Of a stretch of 64,000 nucleotides of DNA, positions 19,283 through 28,849 are shown in pieces. Made by a program: the position numbers and the translations under genes. This stretch comes from a bacterium. Its GTDB lineage: Bacteria > Cyanobacteriota > Vampirovibrionia > Gastranaerophilales > UBA9971. Location of the stretch: positions 657 to 64,656 of the forward strand of contig JBAWVS010000006.1 in the NCBI GenBank assembly GCA_037147175.1, given 5' to 3'. Numbering within the stretch: position 1 is the stretch's first letter; each line of letters opens with the position of its first letter. The notes beneath the pieces are model-generated. The model saw only the letters and a program-made list of their open reading frames with translations. It searched no databases and was not told the origin of the DNA.

Positions 19283-19924
19283 TTATCCTTCTTTCGATAC
19301 CAGCCATTGTAGTGAAAGCCTCAAAAGTTCTTCTGAATCGTCTTTGTTTTTAGCGATGGGCAGGATATTTTTCAGGCTTTCAGAAGATTCTTTCTTTGTA
19401 TAGCCAAGAGAAAGAAGTACGGTTTCGGCTTCTATATAGCTTTCGTTAATTTCAATATCATCAATTTTATTTATTTCAGAGGGTTTTAAGACAACTTTTT
19501 CCCTCCAATTAGTCATTTTTTCTTTAAGTTCAAGAATTATTCGCTGGGCAAGCTTTGGACCAACTCCTTTTGTTTTAGAAAGAGCCTTTACATCTCCACT
19601 TATAACGGCGCTTACGAGATTATATGCCCCTAATTCGCCTAAGAGTAAAAGAGCAACCTTTACTCCAATACCAGAAACACTCTGTAATATGTTGAATAAA
19701 TCTTTGTCTTCTCTTGTACTAAAGCCACATAAAGACATACTGTCTTCTCTATGAATTAAAGAAGTGTATATAGTTACTATATTTCCTTCTTCAGGAAGTA
19801 ATGAAACTACTTTTTTGTTGGTGGTTATAAGATAGCCGATATTATTAACTTCTACTGTAATATTGCAACCAAAAGGACCGTCTTCAACTTTTGAGATCAA
19901 TATGCCTTTTAAATAATTAATCAC
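19283..19924 (-). CDS. ruvA: Holliday junction DNA-binding protein RuvA
   Basis: OB-fold N-terminus (MI.YL.G), two HhH motifs (V.GIG.K.A, KGVGPKLAQRI) and C-terminal domain III. Confidence 0.9.
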   Translation of the reverse strand: MINYLKGILISKVEDGPFGCNITVEVNNIGYLITTNKKVVSLLPEEGNIVTIYTSLIHREDSMSLCGFSTREDKDLFNILQSVSGIGVKVALLLLGELGAYNLVSAVISGDVKALSKTKGVGPKLAQRIILELKEKMTNWREKVVLKPSEINKIDDIEINESYIEAETVLLSLGYTKKESSESLKNILPIAKNKDDSEELLRLSLQWLVSKEG

Positions 19925-20052
19925 GTTTTAACTCCAACAAGTTTCTTTTAAGGAGTTCTTCACCAATAAGATTCATATTCCCCCTAGCTACGGGGAATTT
20001 ACTGAAAAATACCACCGACACTGTCTTCAAACAAAGTTTTTGATGTTCAGAA

Positions 20053-21645
20053 TCAGGTTAAAGGTAATATTTCTGTATCTTCTTCCGTTAAATGCTCTTT
20101 GGAAACCTTTTTGAATCCGTACGCGAAGTATATTGTCATTCCGATAACAATCCATACTCCAAAGAGAATAAGTGTTTTGAACGAAGGTAATCCAAAAATA
20201 ATTAACGCCAGGCAGATCAATGCCCCTAAAATTGGAGTTACAGGAGCAAAAGGAACTCTAAACGGTCTGTGTCTATCCGGATCAGATTTTCTGAGAACCA
20301 AAACGCCCACGCAAACCATTAAAAACGCTGTAAACGTTCCAATATTGCATAATTCAGCCGCTGCGTTAAGATCTAAAATCAGACTTAATGCTGCTATCAT
20401 TCCCCCTACTATAACTGTATTAATATGAGGGGTATGAAATTTAGGATGGATTTGGGAAAACACACCCGGTAAAAGTTTATCTCTTGACATTGCATAAAGA
20501 ATTCTTGAAGCGCCAAGCTGTAAAACTAACAATACAGAGGTAAGTCCGGCAATAGCTCCTATTGAGATAAACCCGGCCAGCCAGTTTTGGTTTACTGATT
20601 TCATAGCAGCAGCTATAGGTGCGTGAGTATCGATTAAGTGCATCGGAACCATTCCTGTTAATACAGCAGCAACTGCCATATAAAGAACAGTACATATTGC
20701 TAAAGAAGCCAAAATGCCTATAGGTAGATCTCTTTGCGGATTTTTTGTTTCTTCTGCAGCGGTGGAAACAGCATCAAAGCCGATATAAGCAAAGAATAAA
20801 AGGTATGCACCGACAAAAATTCCTTTTAAGCCGTTAGGTGCAAAAGGAACCCAATTGTCAGGTTTTACATAAAATGCACCGACTCCTATAAAAAGACAAA
20901 TTACAATAAGTTTTACAAGAACCATAGAAAAAGCCATTTTGGTGCTTTCTTTAATTCCAATATATAAGAACGCTGTAACAACTGCAATAATGAAAATAGC
21001 CGGCAAGTCCATACTTATAGGGATTGGTCCTATGTGTGGTATATATTGCGCAGGATTTAAGCCTGCTTCATGATATTTTTCGACTGCCATAGTGTATGGA
21101 TGAGTTAGCCAAAAAGGAGGACTGGTAATAAAATCTGGGAGGACTCCTTTAAATCCGCTTAACAGATTAACCAAGTATCCTGACCAGCTGCTTGCAACAG
21201 TTATATTTCCTATTGCGTACTCTAACATCAGCATCCAACCTATAAACCACGCAGAAATTTCACCTAAAGTTGCATAAGTATAAGTATAAGCGCTTCCAGC
21301 TACAGGTATCATAGCGGCAAATTCTGCATAACACAAAGCTGCCAGACAGCATGCTGTAGCTGCAAGTATAAGAGAAATTATAACAGCCGGACCAGCTCCT
21401 ATATGAGTAGAACTTCCAGCAGCAGCAGTTCCAGAAAGAGCAAAAATTCCTGCGCCTATAACGCCGCCTATGCCTAATATTGTCAAATCAAATGCGGTTA
21501 ATGACCTTTTTAACTTATTATTATTAGCTGCATTAATTAGTACATCAGGATTTTTTTTCCTGAAAATACTGGTAAATGTACCCAAAAATGGCGGGGTAAT
21601 ACTAATTACTTCTTGTTCCCCGTCAACTACTTCAGTTGATTTCAT
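20053..21645 (-). CDS. APC-superfamily amino-acid permease (cationic amino-acid transporter-like)
   Basis: About 12-14 TM helices, GAGIF motif, AELA-like FAAMIPVAGSAY segment. Confidence 0.8.
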   Translation of the reverse strand: MKSTEVVDGEQEVISITPPFLGTFTSIFRKKNPDVLINAANNNKLKRSLTAFDLTILGIGGVIGAGIFALSGTAAAGSSTHIGAGPAVIISLILAATACCLAALCYAEFAAMIPVAGSAYTYTYATLGEISAWFIGWMLMLEYAIGNITVASSWSGYLVNLLSGFKGVLPDFITSPPFWLTHPYTMAVEKYHEAGLNPAQYIPHIGPIPISMDLPAIFIIAVVTAFLYIGIKESTKMAFSMVLVKLIVICLFIGVGAFYVKPDNWVPFAPNGLKGIFVGAYLLFFAYIGFDAVSTAAEETKNPQRDLPIGILASLAICTVLYMAVAAVLTGMVPMHLIDTHAPIAAAMKSVNQNWLAGFISIGAIAGLTSVLLVLQLGASRILYAMSRDKLLPGVFSQIHPKFHTPHINTVIVGGMIAALSLILDLNAAAELCNIGTFTAFLMVCVGVLVLRKSDPDRHRPFRVPFAPVTPILGALICLALIIFGLPSFKTLILFGVWIVIGMTIYFAYGFKKVSKEHLTEEDTEILPLT

Positions 21646-21948
21646 GATCCCTCCAGCGTCTTTTAAATAAAAATTTATACCTAACCAGACTATTTAAAAT
21701 GTTCATTACTATTCTTACTTTACTACAATAGCAAAAGTAGTAAAAATAATCTTAAAAAGATTTTAACATTATTTTATATTTCTTGAAAAAACTTATTAAT
21801 TCTCTAAAAAGTCTAAAATTAACTATTATCAGTATATTAAACAGTGAAAAATGTAAACAAGGACTATTTATATGGTTTTTATCTTTAAAAAGCTCTCCTG
21901 CTTTAAATTTTGCGTTTTGACAAATTAAATTTTTTTACTCAGATGACT

Positions 21949-22896
21949 TTATTCATAATTTTTAAGTGTTTGATTAATTATTTTGATCATATCATTTTGG
22001 GCATGCTTTGGATAAACAACTTCACAATTTTCACCATATTTCAATAATCTTTTAATCAACATTTCTTTGTCGTCTACATAAGCAGTAACAGTAATTGTTG
22101 TTGATTTTTCGTTTACTGATGTAATCTTTTCATCCTCATAGAGCCTGTAAATCTTTGCCAGCTGTCCTTTAATCTCGAAAGTTACAGGAGATAACATCTG
22201 ACTATATTGCGATTTTGTTGGTAATTGTTTTATTTCAAGAATTTGACTGAGTTTAATCGAAAGTGCCTGTTCGTTTATAGGATTATAGCCGGCTATATAG
22301 ATTTCTTGTTCATCATATTTTATGTTTTTAAGTTCTAAAACAACCTGTTTTTTTTCACAATCACCGTGACGTTTATACTTAACGGAAACTCTTTGTTTTT
22401 CCATTAAATATTTTTCTATTTTTTTTATAAGTTCACCATAAGGAGCATGTTTGAAAAATGCCGTCTCCAAATTCTCACCCTGCTTCTTAATCTCTTTATT
22501 TAAAAGCTGAACTTGATTAGGAGGAATAAATTTTTTAATTTTTTTCAAAAAACTATTGTAATTATCAATTATTTTGTTTTGCTGCAGGCTTTCTGCGTAA
22601 TAAAGCATAACAGCAAGGTTTTTTATTTGTTCATTACTTAATTCTATCAATACCGGTGATTTATTAAGTTCATAATTGTAGTTATTTGCTGCTGTTGGCT
22701 TTGAAATATCATAATTAGCTGTCCTTAAAGTACTTATATACTTTAATATCACCTCTTTTGAAAAATATCTTGACGTATATTTATCGGTAGAAAAAATCAT
22801 ATTGAGATTGTCAACTTTACCCTGCCCGTCATTTAAATGGAGCAATAAAAGCAAAACTCTATACGCTGTTGCACTTATTTTTATTTTCTTTTCCAT
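21949..22896 (-). CDS. HTH-WYL-WCX family transcriptional regulator, divergent paralogue (PafC-like position)
   Basis: N-terminal wHTH (AYRVLLLLLHL ... ILKYISTLRTANYDISKP). Degenerate WYL domain (RVSVKYKR...EQEIYIAGYNPINEQALSIKLSQILEIKQL). C-terminal WCX-like LLKYGENCEVVYPKH. Confidence 0.6.
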   Translation of the reverse strand: MEKKIKISATAYRVLLLLLHLNDGQGKVDNLNMIFSTDKYTSRYFSKEVILKYISTLRTANYDISKPTAANNYNYELNKSPVLIELSNEQIKNLAVMLYYAESLQQNKIIDNYNSFLKKIKKFIPPNQVQLLNKEIKKQGENLETAFFKHAPYGELIKKIEKYLMEKQRVSVKYKRHGDCEKKQVVLELKNIKYDEQEIYIAGYNPINEQALSIKLSQILEIKQLPTKSQYSQMLSPVTFEIKGQLAKIYRLYEDEKITSVNEKSTTITVTAYVDDKEMLIKRLLKYGENCEVVYPKHAQNDMIKIINQTLKNYE

Positions 22897-22900
22897 AACC

Positions 22901-23863
22901 TCACAAATTATTATAAATTTCTGCCATCATTTTCAACCTGAATATTATTTCTTTTCTTATGTTTTCCGGTGATATGACTGTACAATCAGATCCATAAGAT
23001 AAAATATTCTGTATAAATTTAAATTTATTTTTGACTTTTGCCAGTATAATCAATTCTGTATCATTTTTTTTAAGAATTTTTTCCGCATCAGAAGGAGTAA
23101 ATGTAAATATAGAATCCCCGGTAAGCTTATACTTTGCTTCAAAGTCTTTGCTGTTTTTATTTTTTCCTTTAATCTCCACAACTTTGATATTTTTTATTCT
23201 GTCTAAACGAAGGTAGAGCGTCTCATTTAATTCATAATTGTACCCCCATAAATAAAATGAGCCGTTTTCAAGAGTTAATTTTTCTGCGTTTAAATAAATC
23301 TCCTTTTCTCCGGAATTTGGAGAATCATAAATTACCATTATACCTGTATTTTGAATACAATATTTTTCAATCAAGTTTAATTCGGGTAATATATTTTCTA
23401 TGTTGACTTCACGGCATAGAATCGATTTTTTTATTGCCAGGAAGTTTTTTTTACTCTCAGCATTAATAATATCCACTATTTGCTTAAATAAATCGTCAAT
23501 TTCTACAGCTAATTTCCAATTTCCTAAAGTTGATATGTACTTTCTTATTTCAACAATAGTGTTAATTTCGTCATTGGAGATATTTAACTTAAAGGGATGG
23601 GTTTTTAAGACATATTTATAGCCTGTATTCTTTGAGGGTCTAGAAATTTCACACCCTATAGACCTTAAAGTGTTTATATAAATGCATATTGTATCCTTTG
23701 ATAAATTTCTCGAACCGTCAATATGTTCCTGCAATTCTTTGTTGATATCATCATCACTTAACGGCTCTTTCAAAAGACTATTCAAAATAGACAGGATTCT
23801 AAAAGCCGTAATGCTTATGTTATCAATATTTTTAGAATCCAACATTTTATTTTCAAAGGTCAT
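22901..23863 (-). CDS. HTH-WYL-WCX family transcriptional regulator (PafB-like position)
   Basis: wHTH (ITAFRILSILNSL ... ICIYINTLRSIGCEISRP). WYL domain (IMVIYDSPNSGEKEIYLNAEKLTLENGSFYLWGYNYELNETLYLRLDRIKNIKV). WCX (ILSYGSDCTVISPENIRKEI). Confidence 0.7.
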   Translation of the reverse strand: MTFENKMLDSKNIDNISITAFRILSILNSLLKEPLSDDDINKELQEHIDGSRNLSKDTICIYINTLRSIGCEISRPSKNTGYKYVLKTHPFKLNISNDEINTIVEIRKYISTLGNWKLAVEIDDLFKQIVDIINAESKKNFLAIKKSILCREVNIENILPELNLIEKYCIQNTGIMVIYDSPNSGEKEIYLNAEKLTLENGSFYLWGYNYELNETLYLRLDRIKNIKVVEIKGKNKNSKDFEAKYKLTGDSIFTFTPSDAEKILKKNDTELIILAKVKNKFKFIQNILSYGSDCTVISPENIRKEIIFRLKMMAEIYNNL

Positions 23864-24088
23864 ATAAACTCATGCAACTTTTACATTCTACAAATACACA
23901 ATAAAGCTTAAGTATACATACTAAGTACAGATGCAGTATAACATACACACCTTTAAAACACTTCTAATGTTTACAATATATGAATAAAACTAATGTATTT
24001 GCGGTTGTTTTCCTTTTTGAAAAAGTTTTTAAAAAATTTTAAGATATCTTTAATAGTTCAAACCATCTGCTTTTTATCTTAACAGCTG

Positions 24089-25729
24089 TTAATTTCCTGA
24101 AAAATCGTAGCCTTGAACAATCGGAAATCTTCTGCCTACACCAAAAGCTTTTGTAGTGACTTTAAGTCCCAGCGCTGCTTGTCTTCTCTTGTACTCGCAG
24201 TTATTAATTTTTTTTATGATCTCCTTAACAAGCGCTTTAGGATACTTTTTCGACATTTCTTTAATAGATTTATTCTCTTCCACAAACATTTTTAAGATAT
24301 CATCAAGTATTTCATAAGGAGGAAGGCTATCCATATCTTTTTGATCCGGTCTTAGTTCTGCGGAAGGCGGTTTTGTAATTGTATCCTCAGGAATAATTTC
24401 AGTAAATCTGTTTATATATCTTGCTAATCTATAAACCATAATCTTTGGAACATCAGATATAACAGCTAACCCTCCGCACATGTCTCCATAAAGTGTGCAA
24501 TAACCGACAGATAACTCTGATTTATTTCCTGTAGTCAAAAGCAAATGACCATATCTGTTTGAATGCATCATCAATATATTTGCTCTTATTCTTGCCTGAA
24601 GATTTTCTTCTGCCAAATCCACTATTTTGCCGTGTTCTTCATGAATAGCCTCTATATACGAGTCGAACATACTGATAATAGGTATATTTAAAAATTCTAT
24701 GTCAAGGTTTTGAGCGAGTTTATCGGAATCACTTATACTTCCTTCACTGGAATAAATACTTGGCATGGTTATTCCAGTAACATTTTCTTTTCCCAATGCG
24801 CAAACTGCAATTGCAGCAGTAACAGCGGAATCAATTCCGCCTGATAAACCTAAAACAACTTTTTTAAATCCTATTTTTCCGCAATAATCTTTTACTCCTA
24901 TGCATAAAGCATTAAAAAGGCTCTCTTCTTCTGATTGAGAAATATAATGAATTTCCCCTGTATTAGAATCAAAGTCATAAACAGAAAAATCTTCCTCAAA
25001 ATCCTTACAAAGAGACTTTATATCACCTTTTGAATCTATTACAAAGCTTACTCCGTCAAAAATCAGGTCATCATTTCCGCCGACCTGGTTTACATAAATA
25101 ATAGGAATATTATTTTTGGTTGCGGTGTTTTTTATTATGGAAAACCTGTCTTTTTCTTTGTTAAGAAGATAAGGCGATGCTGAAATATTAATAATTCCGT
25201 CAATTCTATTTTTTACAAGTTTTTCTGCTGGATCTACTTGATATAATTGCCTTTTCCAGTAATCTTTATCATTCCATAAGTCTTCACAGATTGTAATTCC
25301 GAGTTTTTTGCCTTTAAAATCCACAACAAGTTCTTTCTGTCCCGGTTCAAAATATCTTGTCTCGTCAAAAACATCATAAAAAGGCAGTAAACGCTTATAA
25401 TATTTTGCTGCGATTTCTTTATTATTTATGAAAGCTGCCGCATTGTGGCATTTTTTGCCTGTAGCATTTACGTTTATATCAACATAACCGCAAATTACTG
25501 CTATATCTTCGGAGGCATCCCTTATTTTATCAAGGCATTTCAGGTTATCATTTATAAAACACTCGAAATCAAGCAGGTCTTTAGGGGGATAGCCCGTGAT
25601 TGCAAGTTCGGGAAAAACTATAAGGTCAATTCCTTTTTCTTTTGCCCTCTTGATATTTTTTATTATTAAGTCGGTGTTTCTTTGCAAATCACCGACTTTT
25701 GTATTTATTTGGCTTAGTGCTATTTTCAT
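24089..25729 (-). CDS. nadE: Glutamine-dependent NAD+ synthetase
   Basis: N-terminal CN-hydrolase domain (FPELAITGYPP, ICEDLW) and a C-terminal NAD synthetase with SGGIDS. Confidence 0.95.
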   Translation of the reverse strand: MKIALSQINTKVGDLQRNTDLIIKNIKRAKEKGIDLIVFPELAITGYPPKDLLDFECFINDNLKCLDKIRDASEDIAVICGYVDINVNATGKKCHNAAAFINNKEIAAKYYKRLLPFYDVFDETRYFEPGQKELVVDFKGKKLGITICEDLWNDKDYWKRQLYQVDPAEKLVKNRIDGIINISASPYLLNKEKDRFSIIKNTATKNNIPIIYVNQVGGNDDLIFDGVSFVIDSKGDIKSLCKDFEEDFSVYDFDSNTGEIHYISQSEEESLFNALCIGVKDYCGKIGFKKVVLGLSGGIDSAVTAAIAVCALGKENVTGITMPSIYSSEGSISDSDKLAQNLDIEFLNIPIISMFDSYIEAIHEEHGKIVDLAEENLQARIRANILMMHSNRYGHLLLTTGNKSELSVGYCTLYGDMCGGLAVISDVPKIMVYRLARYINRFTEIIPEDTITKPPSAELRPDQKDMDSLPPYEILDDILKMFVEENKSIKEMSKKYPKALVKEIIKKINNCEYKRRQAALGLKVTTKAFGVGRRFPIVQGYDFSGN

Positions 25730-25767
25730 TTTTCGGGGTTTTCCCTGTTAATTATTTAAAAAACTAT

Positions 25768-25799
25768 GTCATTCTTCGGGCTAAAGCCAGCTGAATGAC
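25768..25799. repeat. Palindromic intergenic repeat, copy c (short form GTCATTCTTCGGGCTAAAGCCAGCTGAATGAC)
   Basis: GTCATTC / GAATGAC termini with an internal GGC..GCC stem. Shares ATTCTTCGGG with copy d. Confidence 0.65.
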
Positions 25800-25828
25800 A
25801 AATTGGAAAATAATAAACAGCTTGCTTG

Positions 25829-25863
25829 ACAAGGCGGTTTTGATTTTAACAATACAGCTTCTT
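25829..25863 (-). repeat. 35-nt conserved intergenic motif, copy C (AAGAAGCTGTATTGTTAAAATCAAAACCGCCTTGT on the minus strand)
   Basis: 32/35 identical to copy B. Lies 29 nt downstream of the tRNA-Ser 3' end and about 100 nt upstream of the nadE ATG, in the same orientation as both. Confidence 0.8.
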
Positions 25864-25890
25864 AGTTTTTCCAATGACAAAAAATAAAAA

Positions 25891-25977
25891 AGGAGAGGAA
25901 GGGATTCGAACCCTTGTGGCGCGGACGCCCATTCGCTTTCGAGGCGACGCCAATCGACCGAACTCTGGCACCTCTCC
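25891..25977 (-). tRNA. tRNA-Ser (anticodon CGA), long variable arm, CCA not encoded
   Basis: Reverse complement reads GGAGAGGTGCCAGAG...TCGCCTCGAAAGCGA...long variable arm...AAGGGTTCGAATCCCTTCCTCTCC. 7-bp acceptor stem and a canonical T-loop. Confidence 0.9.
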
Positions 25978-26087
25978 AATTTCTGTCTTTATTATATAAT
26001 CAATTTTACTTTCATAAAAATTGGTTATCAAGTGTTTCTTTTGTTAAGATTATAATTGTAATAAGTAAAAAATACAGAAAGATTCAC

Positions 26088-27065
26088 ATGTTAAAAATAA
26101 ATAAAACCCTTACAAAATCAACCTTTTGTTTTGTATTATTTTTTCTTTTTATTACTGTTGTTGCAGCACATCCGCTTGATTTATTTAAATTTAACGAAAT
26201 TACGCTGGATTTGGTACAAATAAGTGACGTACATCTTGACAGCAACGCAAAAGGCGGATCCAAAAGAATGCTGGAATATTCCGCTGATTTGCTTAAAGAT
26301 GCAATATCTCAGGTTAATAATTTGCCTGAAGCAAAATTAGTTATTTTTTCAGGAGATATTGTCAATCATTCAAGGAAAAACGAGTTTTTGAATTTTTTAA
26401 ATATCACAAACGGTTTGAGGATTCCATGGTATTATGCAGTTGGAAATCACGATGTAGGCATATTAGGCGGAGTTTCAAAAGCTGAAATAACTTGTTTATT
26501 TGATAAAGGCTCACATTGTTTAAGCAGAGATTCCCTTTATTACTCCTACAGCCCGAACAAAAACTTCTTAATTCTTTTTATGGACGGTGTAATTGACAAC
26601 GAGATTACCGCTAACGGTTATTTCCCAGACAAAGAACTTCATTGGCTAAATATTCAGCTCAAAAATAACCCTGATAAAAAAGTAATAATTGTTCAACATT
26701 TTCCTGTTGTTGAACCCTATAAAAGTATTACTCACAAAGTTCGCAATGCAGATGAATATCTTAACATTATTGATAAATACAGTAATGTTATTGCAGTATT
26801 AAGCGGACATTATCACGCTACAAAAATCACACAGCGAAAAAATGTTCTTCATATTAACACGCCTTCACTTGTTGAGTACCCGAATGCTTTTAGAGAAATA
26901 AAAATAACAAAGTTGAATGACAGTACAAAATTCGAAATAAAACTTATTGAAACAAATCTAAAAAACATTCAGGTAATAAGCAAAGGTCTTTCAAAGAATC
27001 ATACGCTTGAAGAGGGTAAAGATTGCGACAAAAATACTGTAATAATAATAAAAAATCAAGGGTAG
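26088..27065 (+). CDS. Secreted calcineurin-like metallophosphoesterase
   Basis: Motifs DVHLD, GDIVNH, GNHD and GHYH. Signal peptide MLKINKTLTKSTFCFVLFFLFITVVAA. The track ORF start (25914) overlaps tRNA-Ser, so the ATG at 26088 is preferred. Confidence 0.85.
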   Translation: MLKINKTLTKSTFCFVLFFLFITVVAAHPLDLFKFNEITLDLVQISDVHLDSNAKGGSKRMLEYSADLLKDAISQVNNLPEAKLVIFSGDIVNHSRKNEFLNFLNITNGLRIPWYYAVGNHDVGILGGVSKAEITCLFDKGSHCLSRDSLYYSYSPNKNFLILFMDGVIDNEITANGYFPDKELHWLNIQLKNNPDKKVIIVQHFPVVEPYKSITHKVRNADEYLNIIDKYSNVIAVLSGHYHATKITQRKNVLHINTPSLVEYPNAFREIKITKLNDSTKFEIKLIETNLKNIQVISKGLSKNHTLEEGKDCDKNTVIIIKNQG

Positions 27066-27214
27066 GCTTTTGATTAAAACTGGTACAAAAAGATTAATTT
27101 TAAAAGCTATTTTTGCATAAATTCAAAATTATTATATAATTTTAAATGTGTAGAAGTATTTTTGGATACTAAAGAATTTAATTTAGTACAACTTATGGTA
27201 AGTGAGAAATTTAA

Positions 27215-28849
27215 TTGACCGGTTTCAATAGACAAGACGATTTAATAATTAATAAAGTAACTGAATTGCAAGAAGAATTAATTCAGTTAAATAAACTTTT
27301 TGAAATTTCAAATATAACAAATTCTGTTTCCAGTATTAACGCGCTTGCTGAACAACTTTTGAATTTTCTTAAATTGAATTTTGATATAAAAAATGCTGCG
27401 TTTTTTATATTGGATGAGAACAAATATAGTATTATTTCTTACGAAAATATAATTTCACCAAATTCTTATGAGTTTGAAAATCTCGGTGAAGGGATTTGGC
27501 ACATAATCGAAACCGGCAAACCTATAAAAATATTAAATGAAGAAGGAAAAAATATTTATTTTCAGTTCTTTGAGTCATATAATCTCTTTAATCTTGGTTC
27601 CTGCGTGTGGTTGCCTTTTGTTAATGAAGGAAAAATTCTTGCCATAATTTCTCTCGGCTCTAAAAAATCAGGAGAACCTTTTACTAACAGCGAAATTATT
27701 TTTCTAAACAAAATAATTCAGTATATTGCTCCTATAATAAACAAATTTCAAAACATTAAAGAAAAAGAGTCCAACTTGGTTTACCTCCAAAAAACTCTTC
27801 ACAACATATCGATTCTTTATAATATCGGTCAGGCACTGAATTTTATAGATGATTTAAAGAAATTAATTCAAATCATCCTCGCAAAAGCAATTCAAACAAT
27901 CGGTGCAGAAAAAGGTTCTTTAATGCTTTATGATTCAGAAACAGAAGAACTTATCATAAAGGTTGTTTATGGTCTTCCTGATAGAGAAATTGAAGACAAA
28001 ATAAATGAAGGTCTTATCGAATGCACAAAAATCAAAATAGGAGAAGGGATTGCAGGAGAAGCTTTTGCTCACAAAAAGGCTATAATTACTAATCTTGGCT
28101 CCGATGACCCAAGATTCTTTCAATCAGACCTTTCTAACGTCACTTCACTCCTTTGCTTGCCATTAATAGTAAAAGATGAAGCAATAGGAGTTATAAACAT
28201 CTCTAACAAAAAAGATAAAAACTTATTTAATCAAGATGACCTTGATTTTATGGGTGCTCTGGCAAATCAGGCAGCTATTGCAATAAGTAATGCACAACTT
28301 TATAAACTTGCAATTACTGACAGCTTGACCAAGCTATACACCAGAAGACACTTTGAGTATATTCTCGATAATGAACTGAGAAGATCTCAAAGATATAAAC
28401 ATAATATGACTCTTTTAATGATGGATATAGATAATTTTAAAGCTATAAACGATACCTATGGACACCAAATAGGCGATGAAACACTTAAACAAATCGCTGG
28501 TGTTATCTTAAGTACCTTAAGAAAAATGGATATGCCAAGCCGCTACGGTGGAGAAGAATTTGCTGTTATTTTACCGGAAACTCATAAAGAAAATTCAAAA
28601 AAAATCGCTGAACGTCTTAGAAAAAAAATCTCAAATATTCTTATAAGAACAAAAGACAAGCACGAAGTTTCTCCTACAATCAGCATAGGTCTTGCCTCGT
28701 TCCCTTTTGATACGGAAGATCGAAGCGATATTATCGGGTTTGCAGACAAAGCACTTTATTTTGCAAAGGATAGCGGTAAAAATTGTGTTGCGGAATATAC
28801 CCCTGAAGGCTGTATTCTTCTCTGTAATGAGGATGGATGTTCTATTTAA
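27215..28849 (+). CDS. GAF-GAF-GGDEF diguanylate cyclase
   Basis: Two GAF-like regions followed by GGDEF-domain motifs (LTKLYTRRHFE, DIDNFKAINDTYGHQIGD, GGEEF). TTG start. Confidence 0.85.
   Translation: MTGFNRQDDLIINKVTELQEELIQLNKLFEISNITNSVSSINALAEQLLNFLKLNFDIKNAAFFILDENKYSIISYENIISPNSYEFENLGEGIWHIIETGKPIKILNEEGKNIYFQFFESYNLFNLGSCVWLPFVNEGKILAIISLGSKKSGEPFTNSEIIFLNKIIQYIAPIINKFQNIKEKESNLVYLQKTLHNISILYNIGQALNFIDDLKKLIQIILAKAIQTIGAEKGSLMLYDSETEELIIKVVYGLPDREIEDKINEGLIECTKIKIGEGIAGEAFAHKKAIITNLGSDDPRFFQSDLSNVTSLLCLPLIVKDEAIGVINISNKKDKNLFNQDDLDFMGALANQAAIAISNAQLYKLAITDSLTKLYTRRHFEYILDNELRRSQRYKHNMTLLMMDIDNFKAINDTYGHQIGDETLKQIAGVILSTLRKMDMPSRYGGEEFAVILPETHKENSKKIAERLRKKISNILIRTKDKHEVSPTISIGLASFPFDTEDRSDIIGFADKALYFAKDSGKNCVAEYTPEGCILLCNEDGCSI

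Noticed and set aside
21949-23863. WYL regulators as markers of an adjacent defence system (BREX, CBASS or CRISPR type).
   Set aside because: No nuclease, methyltransferase, ATPase, cyclase or cas-like gene lies within the flanking 10 kb. The neighbours are a permease, ruvA, tyrA and nadE.
25914-26087. N-terminal 58 codons of the track ORF 25914-27065.
   Set aside because: They overlap the tRNA-Ser gene on the other strand. A good signal-peptide start exists at the ATG at 26088.
25730-26087. tRNA-Ser-adjacent genomic island or integration site.
   Set aside because: There is no integrase, no duplicated tRNA 3' end, and housekeeping genes lie on both sides. The repeats nearby belong to the dispersed families described above.
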